A DNA stretch of 59,372 nucleotides from Spirogloea muscicola (lineage: Eukaryota). Where the stretch lies: the NCBI GenBank assembly GCA_009602725.1, contig WELB01000027.1, positions 332,755 to 392,126 on the forward strand, given 5' to 3'. This document shows, in pieces, positions 24,395 to 37,559 of this stretch. Positions within the stretch are counted from its first letter, which is position 1. Every line of letters starts with the position of its first letter. The notes under the pieces are model-generated. The model saw only the letters and a list, made by a program, of their open reading frames with translations. It had not been told where the DNA came from and did not search any database. The translations under genes and the position numbers were made by a program.

Positions 24395-27300
24395 TGTNNN
24401 NNNNNNNNNNNNNTTTTTTTTTTTTTTTTTGCTGCGGGCCGGGCACGCCGCCGCCGCGGTGCGACGCCGGCGGCGACGACGATGGAGGCTTTGTGGGCGC
24501 CGGCGGCGACCGGTGCAGCCGCAGCTGCTCCCTGTCGTCGTCCTCCTCGGCGGGCCTCGCACTGGAAGACGGCTGCGGCGAGGTGGACGGCTCGGGAGGG
24601 CGGGCTACTTCGGAGCCAGCACTCGGCGGCTGCGCCGATGGGGCCGGCGAGTGCTCCGCAGCCACGAGTCTGGCGGGAGTGCGCGACGGCGAGGGCCGCT
24701 CGGCCTGCTCCATCAGCCAACTCAGTAATGACATTCTGTGAGCATCCAAACGGGCCTTCTCGTCTTGCAAGCCATCTTGTTGGCGTATCTGTTGGCAACT
24801 GGGTGGTGTTCCGCCTTGCTGGGGTATTTGGTCAGCAGCAGCTGCGTAGGCAGGCCTTGTATCAGGTGCACGTGCTGCCTGCCTACTTGCTGGAGGGCGT
24901 GGAGAGTGCTTCTGTCATGGCCGTGGCTTCAGTCGTATGTTGCGTAGAAGCAAGCTGCCAGACTCATGCGGAGCAGATGCAGGTGCTGAGACCACGGAGC
25001 AAGTGGCCTGCACTGTGTGGACAAGTAGCCTCACATTGCGGCATCTGTGCTTGTGCACAGAGAGCGTATCCTGGCGAACCTGTCGCGGCGGGAGCTGGTG
25101 GTGGCATCAGGCGTGTGCTCACGGTGGCGCCACGTAGCCGACTCGGAGCCCCTCTGGCGGCATGTCGAGCTCGTGTCTGTCGCCGAGCGCATCAGCGACG
25201 CTGACATTGAGCTCCTCTGCCACACGCGGCTACGGGTATGCCAGTCAACCCTGGCCCTAGCTTGCTGTCGACCCATTTGCCTTCGTACACAAAGCAAGCA
25301 ATCCCAGCGTGGCCATAGGTGGCTCTAGAAAGTACATGGTGGCAGTGAAGTGACACCTCGTATCACTCATGATCTTGACAAGCTTCAATTGCTGGCCTCT
25401 GTGCAACATGCAGCATACGCTGGTGCTGTCCATGTCACTGTGCCGTCGCGTCACTGAGACAGGGTTTTCGGCATTGGCGGGTGCCGGCTGCGGCGCCAAG
25501 CTTGTGTCCCTTGACGTCTCCTTCTGTGCCCTCAATGATCAATCAGTGAGTGGCCCTGCGCGAGCTTGCTCCACTATGGCATTTGTCAATGCGCTGGCTC
25601 TGCCATATGACCCGCCCTGGTCAAGTGAAATCGCTGCCTGACGGCCCTGCTGCCGGCACCTTGCCGCCCCAGGTGGAGGCCATTGCGCGGCAGTGTACCA
25701 GTCTACGGAGGCTGCGACTGTTTGGCGCGCGCAAGGCAGTCAGTGACCGCACCATAGCGGGGCTTCGCAACCTGCGCCTGCTGCAGGAGCTCGACCTTGG
25801 CCTCTCTTCCTGCCTCTCGTCACACACGTTGTGAGCCCCCAGCACCTCGGCCGTTCCACGATAGCACTACGCCACAACACTTTCTTACAGAACCTGACAT
25901 AGCTTCTCTTGCATTTCCCTGCTTGTGGGCGTCTTAATGATCATTGTTTGCATTGGCAGGCGGGCGCTGGGGTCTGGCAGCCTGCCCCACCTGGTCGTGC
26001 TCTCCCTCGCCGGCTGCTCACGTGTCACGCCCCGCAACATCCTCAAGCTCCGGAACTGCCCGTCGCTGGAGGTTGGTCCCCTCTCCCCCAGCTCCACGCC
26101 GCTGCGCTCCAGCACTCGGCACCGTGCAGCCTACTGGCTGCAGGGAGTGAGCACATTGTTGCAGCTGTGCGCCTGACAATGCTATGGCTGCCTTGTGTCT
26201 GTGAGCGCAGGCGCTCTGCCTGCGTGGCTGCCGGCATGTGGGTGTGCACATGGCCAGTCAGGTGGCGATGGACCTTATCCAGGGTGGCTGCACACGCCTG
26301 GCGCTGGTGGAGACAGGCAACGCGCTGCCCAATGCCGCGCCCTTTCCTGCGCGTCCACCGCCGCCACCTCCCTCTCTTCTTCCCACCAAGCGGCGGCGCA
26401 GCGAGAGCGAGAACGTTCCTGAAGCCAGAGCCGGAGACAGCGTCCTGGGCGTGGCTGAGCGGCAGTGCTCAAAACGACAACTCGTCGCCGTTGGCAGCCC
26501 AACTGCTGCTGTGAGGATTGCAGATGCTCCAGCAGGTGGCAGTGATCAAGTGGCACAGGTAAAGGTGAGCTCTTCCTCAACCCGCCAACTATTCTGAAAC
26601 TTATGTCACTCATTGATTTGAAAGTTTCTGAGTTGATTCACTTCATTGACTCATTGTGGAAGTGAGCTTATCAACTCTGAGCCTGGGTTTCTGTGCCCCA
26701 GAATATGATATTTCTCTAGCCTATGTAGAAATACTTCATTGGATAATAGCCTTTGGATTGCAGCCAACTGTAAACAAGTGCATGGAGTCGGGTACTTTGC
26801 ATGTGATCTTGACAGACCTATCAAGAGCCAGGATATGTGTTTGCTTGACACACTGCAAACATGCGTCCATCCAGCAGGTCAGATCCGAGGAGGCCCTGGT
26901 ACATGCAGACAGGGTTTGTGTGGCACAATCTTTGGCGGCTCCTTCGCTACTGGTTGACACAGCAGGAAGCAGACCAACAAGCGAGGATGATGAGGAGGAG
27001 GAGACAACAGATTTGGCTGCGGCATTCGCTCTGGCCACCAAGAGCTTCCAGCAGGGCCAGGTGGCGCTGCGTGCTGGCGACACGGAGCAGGCGGCTGAGC
27101 TCTTCCGCGCCGCCTGCCAGGCGCACCCCAGCGCCGCTGCCTACACCTTCCTCGGCTGGATGCAGCGCCTGGTGCGCAGTCACACCCCCGCTGCATGCTT
27201 CCCATGCCATGCTGGCAGTTAGATCACATTGCGTTCAGGATCAGGAGCGGCTAGCCCAGCGACGCTGTCGTCATGGGTTTCGGTTGCTGAACGGGCATTG

Positions 27301-28204
27301 ACATACTACGGCACTCTGAACCCTGCGCAGGCGGGCGCTGAGAAGAGCGAGAGCATTCGCGAATGCGCGCGGGCCATCTTCCTCGACAATGACTATGGTA
27401 ACATCTGAAACTATGATGCATGTTGAACCGCTTCTTTGATAGCCTGCAGCAGAGATATGGAGAGCCAATGTTGGTGAAAGCTCATGATGCTCAGCAAGTA
27501 CGGTCTTGTACGTTCCGCTGGCTTCCCCAATCAACTGAACATTGTCATTGCGTGCGTGTTGTGCTGCCAGGGAATCCGTGGAATGACGTTGCCTGCGAGC
27601 TCTGGGACGCTGGCAATGCCAGCTTGGCGGCTCGCTTTTTCCAGCGGTATGAGCGGCGCACTCTCCATTTCGGCCATGCGTGCATGGAGTCTCTCCTTAC
27701 TTCTAGTTTGCCCCGTTTGGAGCATTCTTATGGCATGCATCTGATACCTGCCTACTTTGGTCATCTGCTGCCAGGGCCAAGGCGTGCTCTCGATACGAGT
27801 CAGGATCAGGCCACTTTCCATACCTCAACCTGGCAAAGTTGCACCTTGCGGAGTGCGCGCGTAAGCTGCGGGAGGGTGGCCCCTCGGTCCACAAGTCAGT
27901 GCCGTCCAAGGAAGCCCTGCTTGAGCTCTGTGCTGCACTCATCCGCGCACCCGGAGGTGCGGAGGTCTCCCTGCCATTGCTCTTGAGAGCAGGTCACAGG
28001 GCTGCGGTTGCGTATGCTCTGCACCCGCATGCGCACATTGCACGCAGTACATCTGCCTTAGTGCGAGCAGTCAAGACAATGATGCATGTAGGCTGCCTTC
28101 TTACTGTTGTCAAGCTGACACAGTACTGCGTTTCGTGTGGACTATCTGCAGACGAGGAGCTTCAGAAGACGGTCTTTGACATGATCGAGAGCTCCTCCCC
28201 ATAG
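24304..28204 (+). CDS. F-box / leucine-rich repeat / TPR protein, multi-exon (5' end interrupted by a gap)
   Basis: F-box ISQLSNDIL|ERILANLSRRELVVASGVCSRWR...LW; Cys-containing LRRs (LDVSFC, LSLAGCSRVT); a phase-0 intron of about 26566-26877 links to TPR exons AAAYTFLGW...ECARAIFLDNDY|GNPWNDVA...HFPYLNLA. Confidence 0.75.
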
Positions 28205-28971
28205 CACCGACCATCCAGCCATCCAGCCACGTCGTTATGCACGACGACAGAACTTATGGTGCTAACGGCTTGTACATCGGTTACTCCTTGGTAGGATCTC
28301 TGTAGGGCCTACTGAGCTATGTTTCCTTTTGTTCATTCCTTTCTCTGGGCTGGCCAATCACAGCCATCGCCCTCTACTTGAAGAGCGTTACTTACTTTCT
28401 CTCTGCACAAGCTTGCCTATCTGCTGCTCAGATCCTGGCTGCAGCCTCATTGCTTGCTTTCTGATTCTTCCGAGAAGCTCCCTAAAGTCGTAGTGAATTT
28501 GACATGCCAATTACACCTTGTAGAATTTCTCCTGTATTCCCTGCTCCCTCGGAAGATCAAGCTCCGTGTTTGTCATTCGTAAGTTCAGTCAAAATTCAAT
28601 GTCTCTCCACTACATGCTGGGGTAATCCTGCTGCAAATTGCAGGCCAAGCCCAAGGAGGCCAGCTTGACTAATTTATGCTGTCAATGTGCGACCTGAATT
28701 ACACGGGCATCCTATGTCTCAAACAGCCTTCCTTCAACTACAGCCAGTACAGCCGTATGCACAGATCATTGAGATAGCTTTCTAGTTCTAGAGCACCTTA
28801 GGTCAAAAAGGTTTGTCAGGGCAGCTGCTGAAGACTCAGCGGCGCCTGGTTGACTGAGTAAGCAGCAATCCTAGCTGGAGGCTTCACGCAAGCCCGGCTG
28901 CAGTGCGGTAGCACTGTTACAGTAGCAGAGACTTGCCAGTGCCAGCGGGCGGTGGGATCAAGAAGCACCAG

Positions 28972-29385
28972 TCAGCCCTTGGGTACTGTCCCGAAGGTCT
29001 TGGTAAAGGACTTGGAGATGTCGGCGTAGAGCTCCACAATCTGCCGGAGGCCGTGGACAGTGGACGTGGGCAGGAGCGCGTCAGCGCAAGGAGACACGCT
29101 GAGCAAAGGCGATAGCAGCGCGCACTTTGGTGGGGCTTGACACTGAGAATGGTGGGAGAAAGGGGTTATGAGGGGTTCACCTTGATGACGTTCTGGTTGA
29201 GCTCGCGGATGAGGGGCACGTTGCGCGCGAGGCCGTCGGGGGCGCGGGCCTCGTGGTTGTGCCGGATCTCGGCGATGAGCAGCCGGTTGTGGTCCAGCAG
29301 CGCCTGCACGCGCCCGAAGCCCTCGAAGCCCGCCCACGCGCCGTCGCCGCCGCCGCCGCCGCCGCCGCGGCCGGCGGCCTCGAGC
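28972..29385 (-). CDS. ELF4: EARLY FLOWERING 4-like (DUF1313) protein, 2 exons visible, start in gap
   Basis: FGRVQALLDHNRLLIAEIRHNHEARAPDGLARNVPLIRELNQNVIK|IVELYADISKSF is the ELF4 family coiled-coil signature. Confidence 0.9.
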   Translation of the reverse strand, partial: ARGRRPRRRRRRRRRRVGGLRGLRARAGAAGPQPAAHRRDPAQPRGPRPRRPRAQRAPHPRAQPERHQGEPLITPFSHHSQCQAPPKCALLSPLLSVSPCADALLPTSTVHGLRQIVELYADISKSFTKTFGTVPKG

Positions 29386-29936
29386 NNNNNNNNNNNNNNN
29401 NNNNNNNNNNNNNNNNNNNNNNNNNNNNNNNNNNNNNNNNNNNNNNNNNNNNNNNNNNNNNNNNNNNNNNNNNNNNNNNNNNNNNNNNNNNNNNNNNNNN
29501 NNNNNNNNNNNNNNNNNNNNNNNNNNNNNNNNNNNNNNNNNNNNNNNNNNNNNNNNNNNNNNNNNNNNNNNNNNNNNNNNNNNNNNNNNNNNNNNNNNNN
29601 NNNNNNNNNNNNNNNNNNNNNNNNNNNNNNNNNNNNNNNNNNNNNNNNNNNNNNNNNNNNNNNNNNNNNNNNNNNNNNNNNNNNNNNNNNNNNNNNNNNN
29701 NNNNNNNNNNNNNNNNNNNNNNNNNNNNNNNNNNNNNNNNNNNNNNNNNNNNNNNNTGCAAAGCATTAGCCTGAGCACGCTGCGAACAGGCCGAAACTCG
29801 GCGTCGCAAGAACGACAGCTATGCAAAGAAAAAGAGGGGCTAGCAAAGCCAGCCCAGAAAAGAATGGACAATATCCAAAGGCCACAAAACGGTGCCGAAA
29901 AAGGACATTCAGCCCCTCAGTCGCCGCACCCTGACG

Positions 29937-29951
29937 ATGGCCGCCGCCGCA

Positions 29952-29996
<45 letters not shown>

Positions 29997-31507
29997 GCCG
30001 CCGGTCATGGCGCGGGCGTCCAGCCCGTCGCCCGGCCTCGGTGGCGAGCCTGCTGACGGGCCCCTTCCCTCCCGCCACCCGCTGTGCCGCCGCAGAGGAC
30101 ATCGTGGCGTCCATGTTCGTGAGCCAGCAGAGCCAGTTCCGGGCGTACCTCCGGGAGCTGGAGAAGGTGCGCGTGCCGCTGGACCCCGGCGACGAGGCCG
30201 CGGTGCGCGACTACGCCGACTCCGTCAAGACCATCCGCAAAAAGTGAGCGCCGCGCCCTCGTCGCCTGCTGGCCCGCGGCCTCCGGCGGCTGCTGGCTGT
30301 GACGCCGCTGGTCGTTTGCCGAGCTCTGATCCAACGGGACTGGCGATCGCTACCATGGATGGCTACCGTCGTGGCCAGCTCCGGCTGGCGAGCCCCTCAC
30401 GGCGTGGCGGCTCTGGCCGGCCAGCTGAGGAGCGCGCGGCCCTGCGTCTGCGCAGGCTGGGCGTCCCGTCCTTCACGGAGAAGCTGGGGGACCTACTCGA
30501 CGCCGCCGCCGAGGAGGCTCCGGACGTCCGCACGTACATCATGGAGGCGGCTCAGATCCGCAAGGAGTAGGCTGCAACCCTCGGGCCCTCGCCCTTGCAA
30601 GCTTGGCTACAGGCCTGACTTGTGCGACGAGCTATGGCAGCTGGCTTGGTCTTGTCAGTCTTGACGGGGTCGCCTCTGTGACTCCGCCAAGCAGGCTGGG
30701 CGTGGAGAACGATCTCGGTGCGGAGGAGCCCACTCTCAAGGCACTGGCGGATGTCGAGAAGAAGCTGGGCAAGCCCCTGACGTTTGACGACGCCAAGGGC
30801 CTGAGCCTCTTCCAGGAGCAGATGCAGAAGATATACACCACGTACGAACTCGCGAGCCCTTGCTGCCACACTGTTGCCCTTGCTGCCGCGTGTATATGCA
30901 ACTGAACTACCGCGCTACACCTTGGTAGCAGCAACTGCCACTGTCTTGAGTATTGGAGCAGTGGACAGAGGATGATATGCAATGCCCAACAAAGCTCTAA
31001 CTGTGGTGAACCGCAATCAATGGCAGATGCCGTGTATTCCCTGCTACTCTTTTAAGCATTTCAATATGGCATGCTCCCATTCCAAAAGAATTCCAAGAAG
31101 TGACCTCACACGATTTGTTCACCAGGCTGGGTTTAACGGGATCGGACGAGGACTTGGAGGAAGAGACAGAGTTTGCGCTTGCCAAGGCCGAGATTGCCAA
31201 GTTGCACGATGAGGCATTGGAGAAGATGGAGAGCTTCAAGCGCAGGTGCGAGACAGGCCGCTGAACACTGCCAGCTTACTTGCAGTGGTGCAGACAACTC
31301 AGATGCTTGACTGATTGGCAGCGCCAAGGGACTACAATGTTCTTGAGCATGACAATGCAGGGGAGTTAAAGCTTATCGTCTCCATTCAAGATTCTTCGTG
31401 CCGCATGCTGCTAGCACTTACTTTACGCTGCTGCCATGCCAAGCAGGGACCACTTGGACGACATCAAGGTTGACATCAAGGGCCTGGATCCACGTGCGTA
31501 CCTCTGA
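29937..31507 (+). CDS. MGP1: Mitochondrial ATP synthase 24 kDa subunit (FAd), multi-exon
   Basis: LDPGDEAAVRDYADSVKTIRKK; PDVRTY; DLGAE..LKALADVEKKLGKPL; ALAKAEIAKLHDEALEKMES; DIKGLDPRAYL* (TGA 31505-31507). Collinear with the plant FAd family. The first exon lies in a (GCC)n run and is uncertain. Confidence 0.85.
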
Positions 31508-32389
31508 TGTGGTGGAGGCTTTCAGTAATACACCATCTCTTTCCAGCCCTGCCTCTGAAGAGGCAGGTCGCTGCTATGCTTTGTGGAGCTCAAATGTAAC
31601 CGTTAAGTGGCAAGTGGAGAGGGAGGCTGCTTGCTCGGTGTAGTTGTGCAAGCGTTCGGTATGTCGATGCTACACAGTAGCTTCGACATCCACTCTCAGA
31701 AGTGTTCACATTGTAGCCTCCCATGTGCCTAAGGGAGAGAGGCAACTGAACGAGGCCTGCCCATAGCTACCTTGTACCCGTAGGCTAAGGTGGTCCTTGC
31801 TGCTTCCACATGTGTGGCACTTCCCAAAATGGGTGGTGCCGTGGCGTTTGCCACGTGTGAGACATGCCACTCAGAAAGTACCAATTGACTCAAGCCAGAG
31901 TGACAGTCACCTGCTATGACGCTTCCCCCCTCAATATGTGCTGCCAAGGTTGATGGCAGCAGGTTGGACAAGTCTCTGAAGGCTTCTGGCCGCCGGCAAG
32001 GGGCTTGTGAAGGACTCTGGCCCTTTGCATCTGGTTGGTCGCCATTTGAGGTCTAGGGAACAGGGTTCTGCAGCTCTTGCTGTGCAAGGTGGCGGACATG
32101 GCTAAGATCAAAGCTGCTGCATACGATACAGGGATGCACTCCTGACAACCAGAGCATAGCTTGCTGCATTCTGAGATATCAAGCAGGCTAAATAGAGAGA
32201 ATCTAAGGTGGTCAAGCCGGCTTACATATTGTGGACTCAGCTGCAATGATCAATGAATTGCAACAAGAGCCAGCAATTGATACTAGAGAGGATAAATGTT
32301 CTGTACAAGAATGTTATGCACAGCAGATGGGGGTCACAATGGCCACCGCACCCGCTACTTTCCCTTACTGACAACCATGACCAGCACCC

Positions 32390-34213
32390 CTAGCGCAGGA
32401 GGCCAAGGATGATACGGCTTGATGTCCAGATGGCCACGAGCGTCGCCCGGATCACGATGGGGTTCTTGTATATCCTGCGATCATGCGGGCAACCAGACCA
32501 TGGGACCAAGCAAGCCAGCTCACTAATATCATGCACTTGCCACTAGCTATGCTCTGCAGCTGAAGGCAATGATCAATCAAACAACTCACCCGAATGCTGT
32601 CGTGGCCCAGTAAGCGGATGTGTACAAGAAGCGGCCCCAGTCCCAGAAGCGCCGCAGCGTGCTCTTGCGCCGCAACTCTGTGAATGCCTGTGCCATGGCT
32701 GTGGGCACAGGGAACGTGCAATGGCAAACTCAAGAGTCTAGTCAGGCCCGATGCTGCCACCGCCAATAGGTGCTGCAATCTGGTCGCGACCATTGGCTCT
32801 TATCGTCCAAAGTCCAGCAAAGAGTGGGCACATACCAAAGGAACACCCAGGACTGAGGGATACAGAGGAATGTCACATGTAAGCAAGAATGTGCATCATC
32901 GATGCAAGACTGCTCACAGCAGACCACAATCTGATGACTCACCATCCTGCAGCTCCTTTGGTTGCAAGTTCTGCGGGACACAAGGCTGGCCGCAGTCAGA
33001 TGAGACAAGCAGCAATCATCATGCAATGTCGATACTGGAATTCCATTTACATCACCTTCCACTCGTGCTGCACAATGCTGCACCGTGCTAGTCACACTCA
33101 ATGTGGCATAAGAAGCTGTTCAGTGGTGTCATGTGTGCCTCCGTGTATAAACCTTGGTCTGGGGTAGCGTAGAGACGTAACGTGCGACGACGTTGGCAAT
33201 GGCGTCAATGACATCCTCTTTGTCCACGACGACATAGCTCTCGCCGCCCCACTCATCTGCGGCCTCCTTGCCGGCGAGGCCGTAAGAGTTGGCGTCCGTG
33301 ACCCACAGCCACCAGCTGGGGTCATCGAGGTTGACGTTGACCTCGAACCCATCTGCATCAAGACCATTGAGGCGAGGCAGTAAGGCCATCTCGTTCATCA
33401 CAGCCACATAGGAGCGCCTTCTCTCCATTCTCGTCTCTGCGGCGATAGCACTATGTCATGCCCGCTTGGATGCCTGCATGGCGGCCTGCATGAGATGGGG
33501 GGCTTGCCGAAGCCGAGCGCATGGGTCGAGCTCTGCAGACCTCTGTCGACGGCCCGCGTCGTCGCCTCGTCGGTGGCTGCCTGGGGCGAGGCCGAGGACG
33601 ACGACGACGAGGACGAGGCCAACGAGGCCGAGGCCGAGGACGAGGGGCCACCCGTTGGCCCGGAGGCGGAGGCGGCCATGGAGGTGCTCCGCAGCTCCTG
33701 CAGTTTGGCGAGGAACTCGGGCGAGTCCACGCGCTGCTGCAGCCGCTCGAACAACTGCCGCTCGTCGCCGCGGGCGGGCGTGGCCGTCAGCAGCGCAAGC
33801 AAGGCCGGCGGCAATGGCTCCGTCATGCCGGAAGAAGGCCATTGCAGGCCCTGCAGCCGGCACTGGACACGCCGCCGTCGCCGCCGGGCGACGGCACGCC
33901 GCCACAGCCGCTGCCAGACTGGCCGGCACGACGGCTTGCCCAGCAAGGGCTGCGCGAGCCTAGCAATGGACCCCCACAGAAGGCTGCCGAGGGCGGGGCG
34001 TGGCTCACTTCCGCGGTGCCGGAGTGGGAGTTCAGCGCGGGGCCGAGCCAGGCCGCGCCGCCTCCGCCGCCGCCGCCGCCGCCGCCGCCGAGGGCGTCAA
34101 GGGCGCCGCGGCANGCGGTCCAGCGCCGCCCACGCCGCCTCCGCGATCTCCGCCGCGGCGGCCGCCGCCTCCAGCGGCGACGGCCCCGCGTGGCCAAGCA
34201 TGGCGGCCGCCAT
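32390..34213 (-). CDS. Plant-conserved uncharacterised protein (resembles the Arabidopsis At1g22790/At1g34010 family), multi-exon
   Basis: YVVVDKEDVIDAIANVVARYVSTLPQTK|NLQPKELQD|...LRRFWDWGRFLYTSAYWATTAFG|IYKNPIVIRATLVAIWTSSRIILGLLR*. Family assignment is from memory; 5' exons are uncertain (N at 34114). Confidence 0.7.
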
Positions 34214-34329
34214 GGACGCGCGCGCGCCCTAGAAGTGGGCCCTGGGTGCCCTAAAGCTGTTAAGCGCCCGCACGCGTAACCGCCGGTTATCAGCCTCCCG
34301 ATCGGGACCTCCCACGACGTGATGAGCCT

Positions 34330-35500
34330 TTCTGGTCGCAGGGTCGCTTGCCCAGGTGTTCAGTTTGGGCATTCTAGCGTCCCGCAAGCCATCGTAGCAT
34401 GCTATAGGATGCGGCTATCATTAAGTCTGCAGCGCTCCCAGGCACTCGCGATGCACCAGCGTGCTGGTCGTGCAATTAGCCCAGGCTAGTGGCTTCCGTG
34501 GTGGTGGTTTGGCTCCTCAGCATAGCTTGTCAGATATGCATGTGCTCACTCGGGGATATTAGTGTCCCCCTTAGCCAGCTCATTACCTTAATCAACAGGA
34601 CATTTGTAAGGCTAGAATTGGCCTCCCTTTCAATTTCATGCGCACCGCGCGCCTTCTCTCTACACCATACGCGTCGTGGTGACCTGGTGGCGTCCACGCC
34701 GGGAGGTGGCGCGCGGATCATAGCCGATGTAGTCACCACCGATGTGGTCGACCGCTCCAACCTGGGGCTCTCTGCCTCGCGGGCAGGCCACGCTGCCTCG
34801 AAGGCCGCTCGCTGCAAGGCGGCCAAGCACTCCGACCACCCACCTGCCGACGAGTTCGTCCCCTTGGCGGTGAACGTGCACGGGGCTCTTGGGTCCCAGT
34901 GGCTTGACCTGTTGGCTAGGCTTGCGCGGCGGGCTGTGTCCCGCAGACGCGGCGAGCCAGCCGACTTCAACGCCCCTGGCTCGTGGGCTCAGGTATACCG
35001 AATGCGCCTCTCTGTATCCCTGCAGCGGTCCATGGCCCACGCTCTGCATCTGCGAGCTGGCCGTGCTCTCGCTGCGGGCTCTGGCATTCGTCAGGGTGAT
35101 AGCTTCCCGGCAGCTAGTCTGTCGGATCTGAGGCTCCTCACTCGTAATTACTGAGTGATCCATCCTCCCCCTGTTTTCCCATAGCATCCTCAGGCCCCTT
35201 TGTAGCTGCTCACCGCTCTTAGGCCCCTCTGAACCTTTGTGAATTCTTTTTGGGCTGGCTTTTCGCAGCCCTTGCCCCCATTGGGAGTGCCACTTCTTCT
35301 CTTGGGGCTATGCGTTGCCTTCCCACGGTCCCAGGCTCACGCAGTGCACTTGCGGGCAGGCCGCGCTTTGGCTGCTTACTTCTGGGGCGCGTCGGGGTGC
35401 CTCTTTCCAATGAATGACATGTGTCTAATATCAATTCTTAGATCTTGTCTTGGCCTGAATTTGCCACCTTTTTCCATTTCATGCGCACCGTGCTCCTTCA
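34330..35500 (+). mobile_element. Three stacked 5'-truncated RLE non-LTR retrotransposon 3' ends (CRE/R2-group-like)
   Basis: Copy A: YRMRLSLSLQRSQALAMHQRAGRA...DMHVLTRGY* (stop about 34562). Copy B (34660-35154): RGDLV...IADVVTTD...KAAKH...FVPLAVNVHGALG, a restriction-like endonuclease pattern. Copy C starts at about 35325: SQAHAVHLRAGRALAA. Confidence 0.8.
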
Positions 35501-35741
35501 GACCTGGGACTGGTCTTGCTAGATCTAGACTAGACCCGAGAGAATACATCCAGTCCTAATCCCTCTGCATCTAATCAGTGTCCTTGTGTGGACAATTTGC
35601 ATTGGTGCTCAATGTATGGACTTGAGGTCTGATCATGTCTTAGACACTGCAGTTGACCCCTCGGATACTGTTCCGAATGTATTCTTTGTGTAACAGAGCT
35701 ATCCGAAGCGGTAACATCCTCTGAAAGGGCGCCTCGTCAAC

Positions 35742-37480
35742 ATGTCTCAAGGAGACAAGCCTCGATATCAAGGTACTCCTGGTGGTGCTTCCTTGCCCGA
35801 GAGTAAGGGCCACGACAATGTTGGATTTGCCAATTGCGGATGGAGGGCTGTAAGATAAGCAGAGAAGATGCCATGCTTTTGCAGAAACGGTACCTCAGTC
35901 ATGAGGCCAGGGATGTCTATCGGAGATCGAGAAAGTCCATCCTGTCCATGACTAAGCCAATAGTTACTGATGCAACCCCTGCCGAGAGAGCAACTGGTCC
36001 TCAGCTACTAGACGATCCCGTCAGTGAGATGTTTAAGCGTCTTGCTCAGCAGTCCCCTGAGATACTATGATGTTTGAACAGGGACTGCAGAATTGTAGCC
36101 GCAGACCCGATGATTTGGTGACAGCTTGCTATTTCCGATTTCTGAAGCTTTTTGAGAAGTCTCAGACCCAGATTAGTAAATAGGAGTTGGCTGTGCAGTT
36201 TCTACGCGTTTTTGCAGGCAAAGCCATATTTCAAACACAAACTTTACTTATCATGCAGCGTCAACAGCTAAACAAGGACGAATATGATGTAGATGATGCC
36301 TACAAAGTGATGCTAGACAAGGAGAACAATGACTACACTTTACACAAATTAGATGAGCGCTGTGCAGGTACTGGAAGTCCCCAAGGATCGAAGCAGGCTT
36401 CGAAAGACAACACTGAATGAGAAGGTATGAAGTGGGCTGATGCTGTTTCCTCCTCTGATGGATGATCCGTATATTAAGAGATCTACTGATCATTCTCGTC
36501 CAGTCCCAGAGTGTCATGGGTGTGGAAGGAAAGGCTATATCAAGAAAGATTGCAAGTCTTTGCATCAGACTACTGCTACTTGCGCATATCGCACAAGGCA
36601 GCAGGTCAGTCATTGAATAGCAGTGCTGGCGGAAGTACCCTGAGAAACTGCCTATGTCCTCAAGAAGCAAGGTAGCTGCGGGGATGAGTTACCAGCAACC
36701 AGTCAATCCGCCGAGCCTCATGATACAAAATTTGAGTAGATGGTAAGACAAATTGCTGAGTTGACCAAGCAACTTGCCATTAACAGAAGAGCAGGTGGGG
36801 AATCAAGGTGGTCTCTGCGACGATTTCTCATACGGATTACTCCGAGGAGGACGAGGATCATCCGCCATTGTCCTTTAATTTAAGTGAGGGATCAGAGCAT
36901 GCTTATGACGGGTATAATCTGACATCAAGCAATTCCCTGCTGCAGTAGCAATGTCTGTATCGGAAGCCATTCGTTATCCACTAAAGAGTGGTGAAAGTGA
37001 GTCGCGGCAAAACGCCAGTCTGGCAATGCGAGGTACCCTGCAAGTGATTGATGTTGCAAGCAGTGAAGTACCTCCTCGTGTGGTGCCAAGTTCTGACCTT
37101 CAAGCACTGGCACTTCCCATTTTGGCAGTGTCCAGTGATGCATTTCTAGGAGGAATGCATGCAACTCCAGCCCTTTAGCTTGAAGGACATTGGTGTGTCT
37201 GAGGAAACTATGATCAGATTGGTCACAAAATGCAGCGTAGATGATACCAGTGGCGTGCATGTGAAGAATTCAGCTGACCCTGTGATAGCCGAGACAGCAC
37301 TCAGCCTGTCAGATACCTGTATCATTCCTTGCAGACCCCCGAAGGAGAGGAGTGCCGAACTGGCAGCGGTAGCTATGATCGTTAAAGGTGTCGTGACCGT
37401 GGCTACAGAAAACTATTCAACAAGGCCATCTACAGTCCTTCTGGACACAGGTGCTCAGCCAGCCCTCATTAGCTATCGCT
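35742..37480 (+). mobile_element. Decayed gag plus protease (copy 2)
   Basis: RYLSHEARDVY...LLDDPVSEMF; knuckle CHGCGRKGYIKKDC; VLLDTGAQP; multiple stops. Homologous to copy 1. Confidence 0.85.
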
Positions 37481-37559
37481 TGGCGTCACCAACAAACCTC
37501 TTCCTATTCCATTATATGCTGTGGACTCTAGTCTGCGCACATACTTTTCAGCTGTGTGC

